From Thiotrichaceae bacterium (GTDB taxonomy: Bacteria; Pseudomonadota; Gammaproteobacteria; Thiotrichales; Thiotrichaceae), in assembly GCA_026988095.1 (NCBI GenBank), contig JALSLX010000001.1, forward strand, positions 2,480 through 66,479: a stretch of 64,000 bases of DNA, in the 5' to 3' direction. The notes beneath the pieces were generated by a model. The model was given only the letters and a program-made list of their open reading frames with translations, was not told the origin of the DNA and did not search any database. Position numbers and translations under genes: made by a program. Positions 63,229 through 64,000 of the stretch are shown piece by piece; within the stretch, counting starts at the first letter, position 1, and the number at the start of each line of letters is the position of its first letter.

Positions 63229-64000
63229 TCACCATTTTGGCCTCATTATTTTACAAGCATCCTTATAAGAAGCTATTTTTTGGCCTTTATTATTCAAATG
63301 GTTTGCCATTTGCTCTATGATTTCAGCATTGCTTTTTGCACTACATCCATCTTTTAATAAATGATTATTTTCGAACCCTAGACGTATATGCCCACCTAAT
63401 TTTGCAGCTTGTTTACCCACTGTATATTCTTGAGTTCCAAAAGCACAAACCATCCAACTGCTTGTAGGAGTTTTAAAATTGTTTTTAAATATTTCTGTTC
63501 CAAAAATACCTTCTACCTGATGCTTTCCTACAACTAACAATAAAGGATAAGCAATCCCTGGAAGAACTCCTTCCTCTAACCATCTCTTATATAACGCCAA
63601 GTCGTGCTGGTTATAAAGTATTAACTGAGGGAAAACTTTCTTGTCACGCATCCAGTTAAAGTGCTCATTAATTTCTATTTCATCATGATTTTTGATTTCT
63701 CTTAAGCCAATTGAAACACCTTGCGGTTTCACATTATAAATCATCTCAAATTGCTCATCAGATGAATATTTACCTACCGCCTCAGATGTTACCTGAATAA
63801 ATAATGTCCCTTCTGTACGATCTTCTACTTCACGTATGGCCGCTTTGTACAATGTACTATTTAAACTGTGCTCTCCTTTTTCATTTCTTACATGCAAATG
63901 AATCATACTTGCACCTGCTTGTTGACAAGACTTAGCTTCCTGCCCTATTTCTTCTGCTGTTAATGGAATGGTTGGCAAATCTTTTTTTATTTTACGTGCA
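63229..64000 (-). CDS. Beta-keto acid cleavage enzyme (BKACE/DUF849), 5' end beyond window
   Basis: Frame stays open to the window edge (ARKIKKDLPTIP); IHLHVR, QVTSEA, HIRLGFENN. Confidence 0.85.
   Translation of the reverse strand, partial: ARKIKKDLPTIPLTAEEIGQEAKSCQQAGASMIHLHVRNEKGEHSLNSTLYKAAIREVEDRTEGTLFIQVTSEAVGKYSSDEQFEMIYNVKPQGVSIGLREIKNHDEIEINEHFNWMRDKKVFPQLILYNQHDLALYKRWLEEGVLPGIAYPLLLVVGKHQVEGIFGTEIFKNNFKTPTSSWMVCAFGTQEYTVGKQAAKLGGHIRLGFENNHLLKDGCSAKSNAEIIEQMANHLNNKGQKIASYKDACKIMRPKW

Overview
AT-rich gammaproteobacterial chromosome segment. The gene content suggests a marine Thiotrichales-like sulfur oxidiser, which is an inference. It is mostly housekeeping: fimW-fimX, epmB/efp/epmA, yajC-secDF, a Cache sensor kinase/NarL regulator/TRAP module, pilU, waaA, slyD, uvrC-pgsA, yceD-rpmF-plsX-fabH, rhlE, fxsA-groES-groEL, trpFBA-accD-folC-dedD-cvpA-purF, pit/DUF47 facing phnDCEE, and a TAXI-TRAP with USP. 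I see no transposase, integrase, prophage, CRISPR array, tRNA or rRNA. The most unusual feature is non-coding: at least four unrelated families of dispersed intergenic palindromic repeats. The dominant family has a 30-bp arm, consensus (A/C)CCACCCCCCCT(C/G)TTTTTCGATGATTTGTA. It occurs at 9 loci as inverted doublets with 5-21 bp spacers or as solo arms, and I cannot assign it to a named family. Other leads are an SD-led uORF in frame with fimX, a sigma32 promoter overlapped by a CIRCE operator at groES, TRAP subunits with large extra domains, a bacterial Popeye-domain protein, and a HAD gene whose only canonical start lies inside a repeat.
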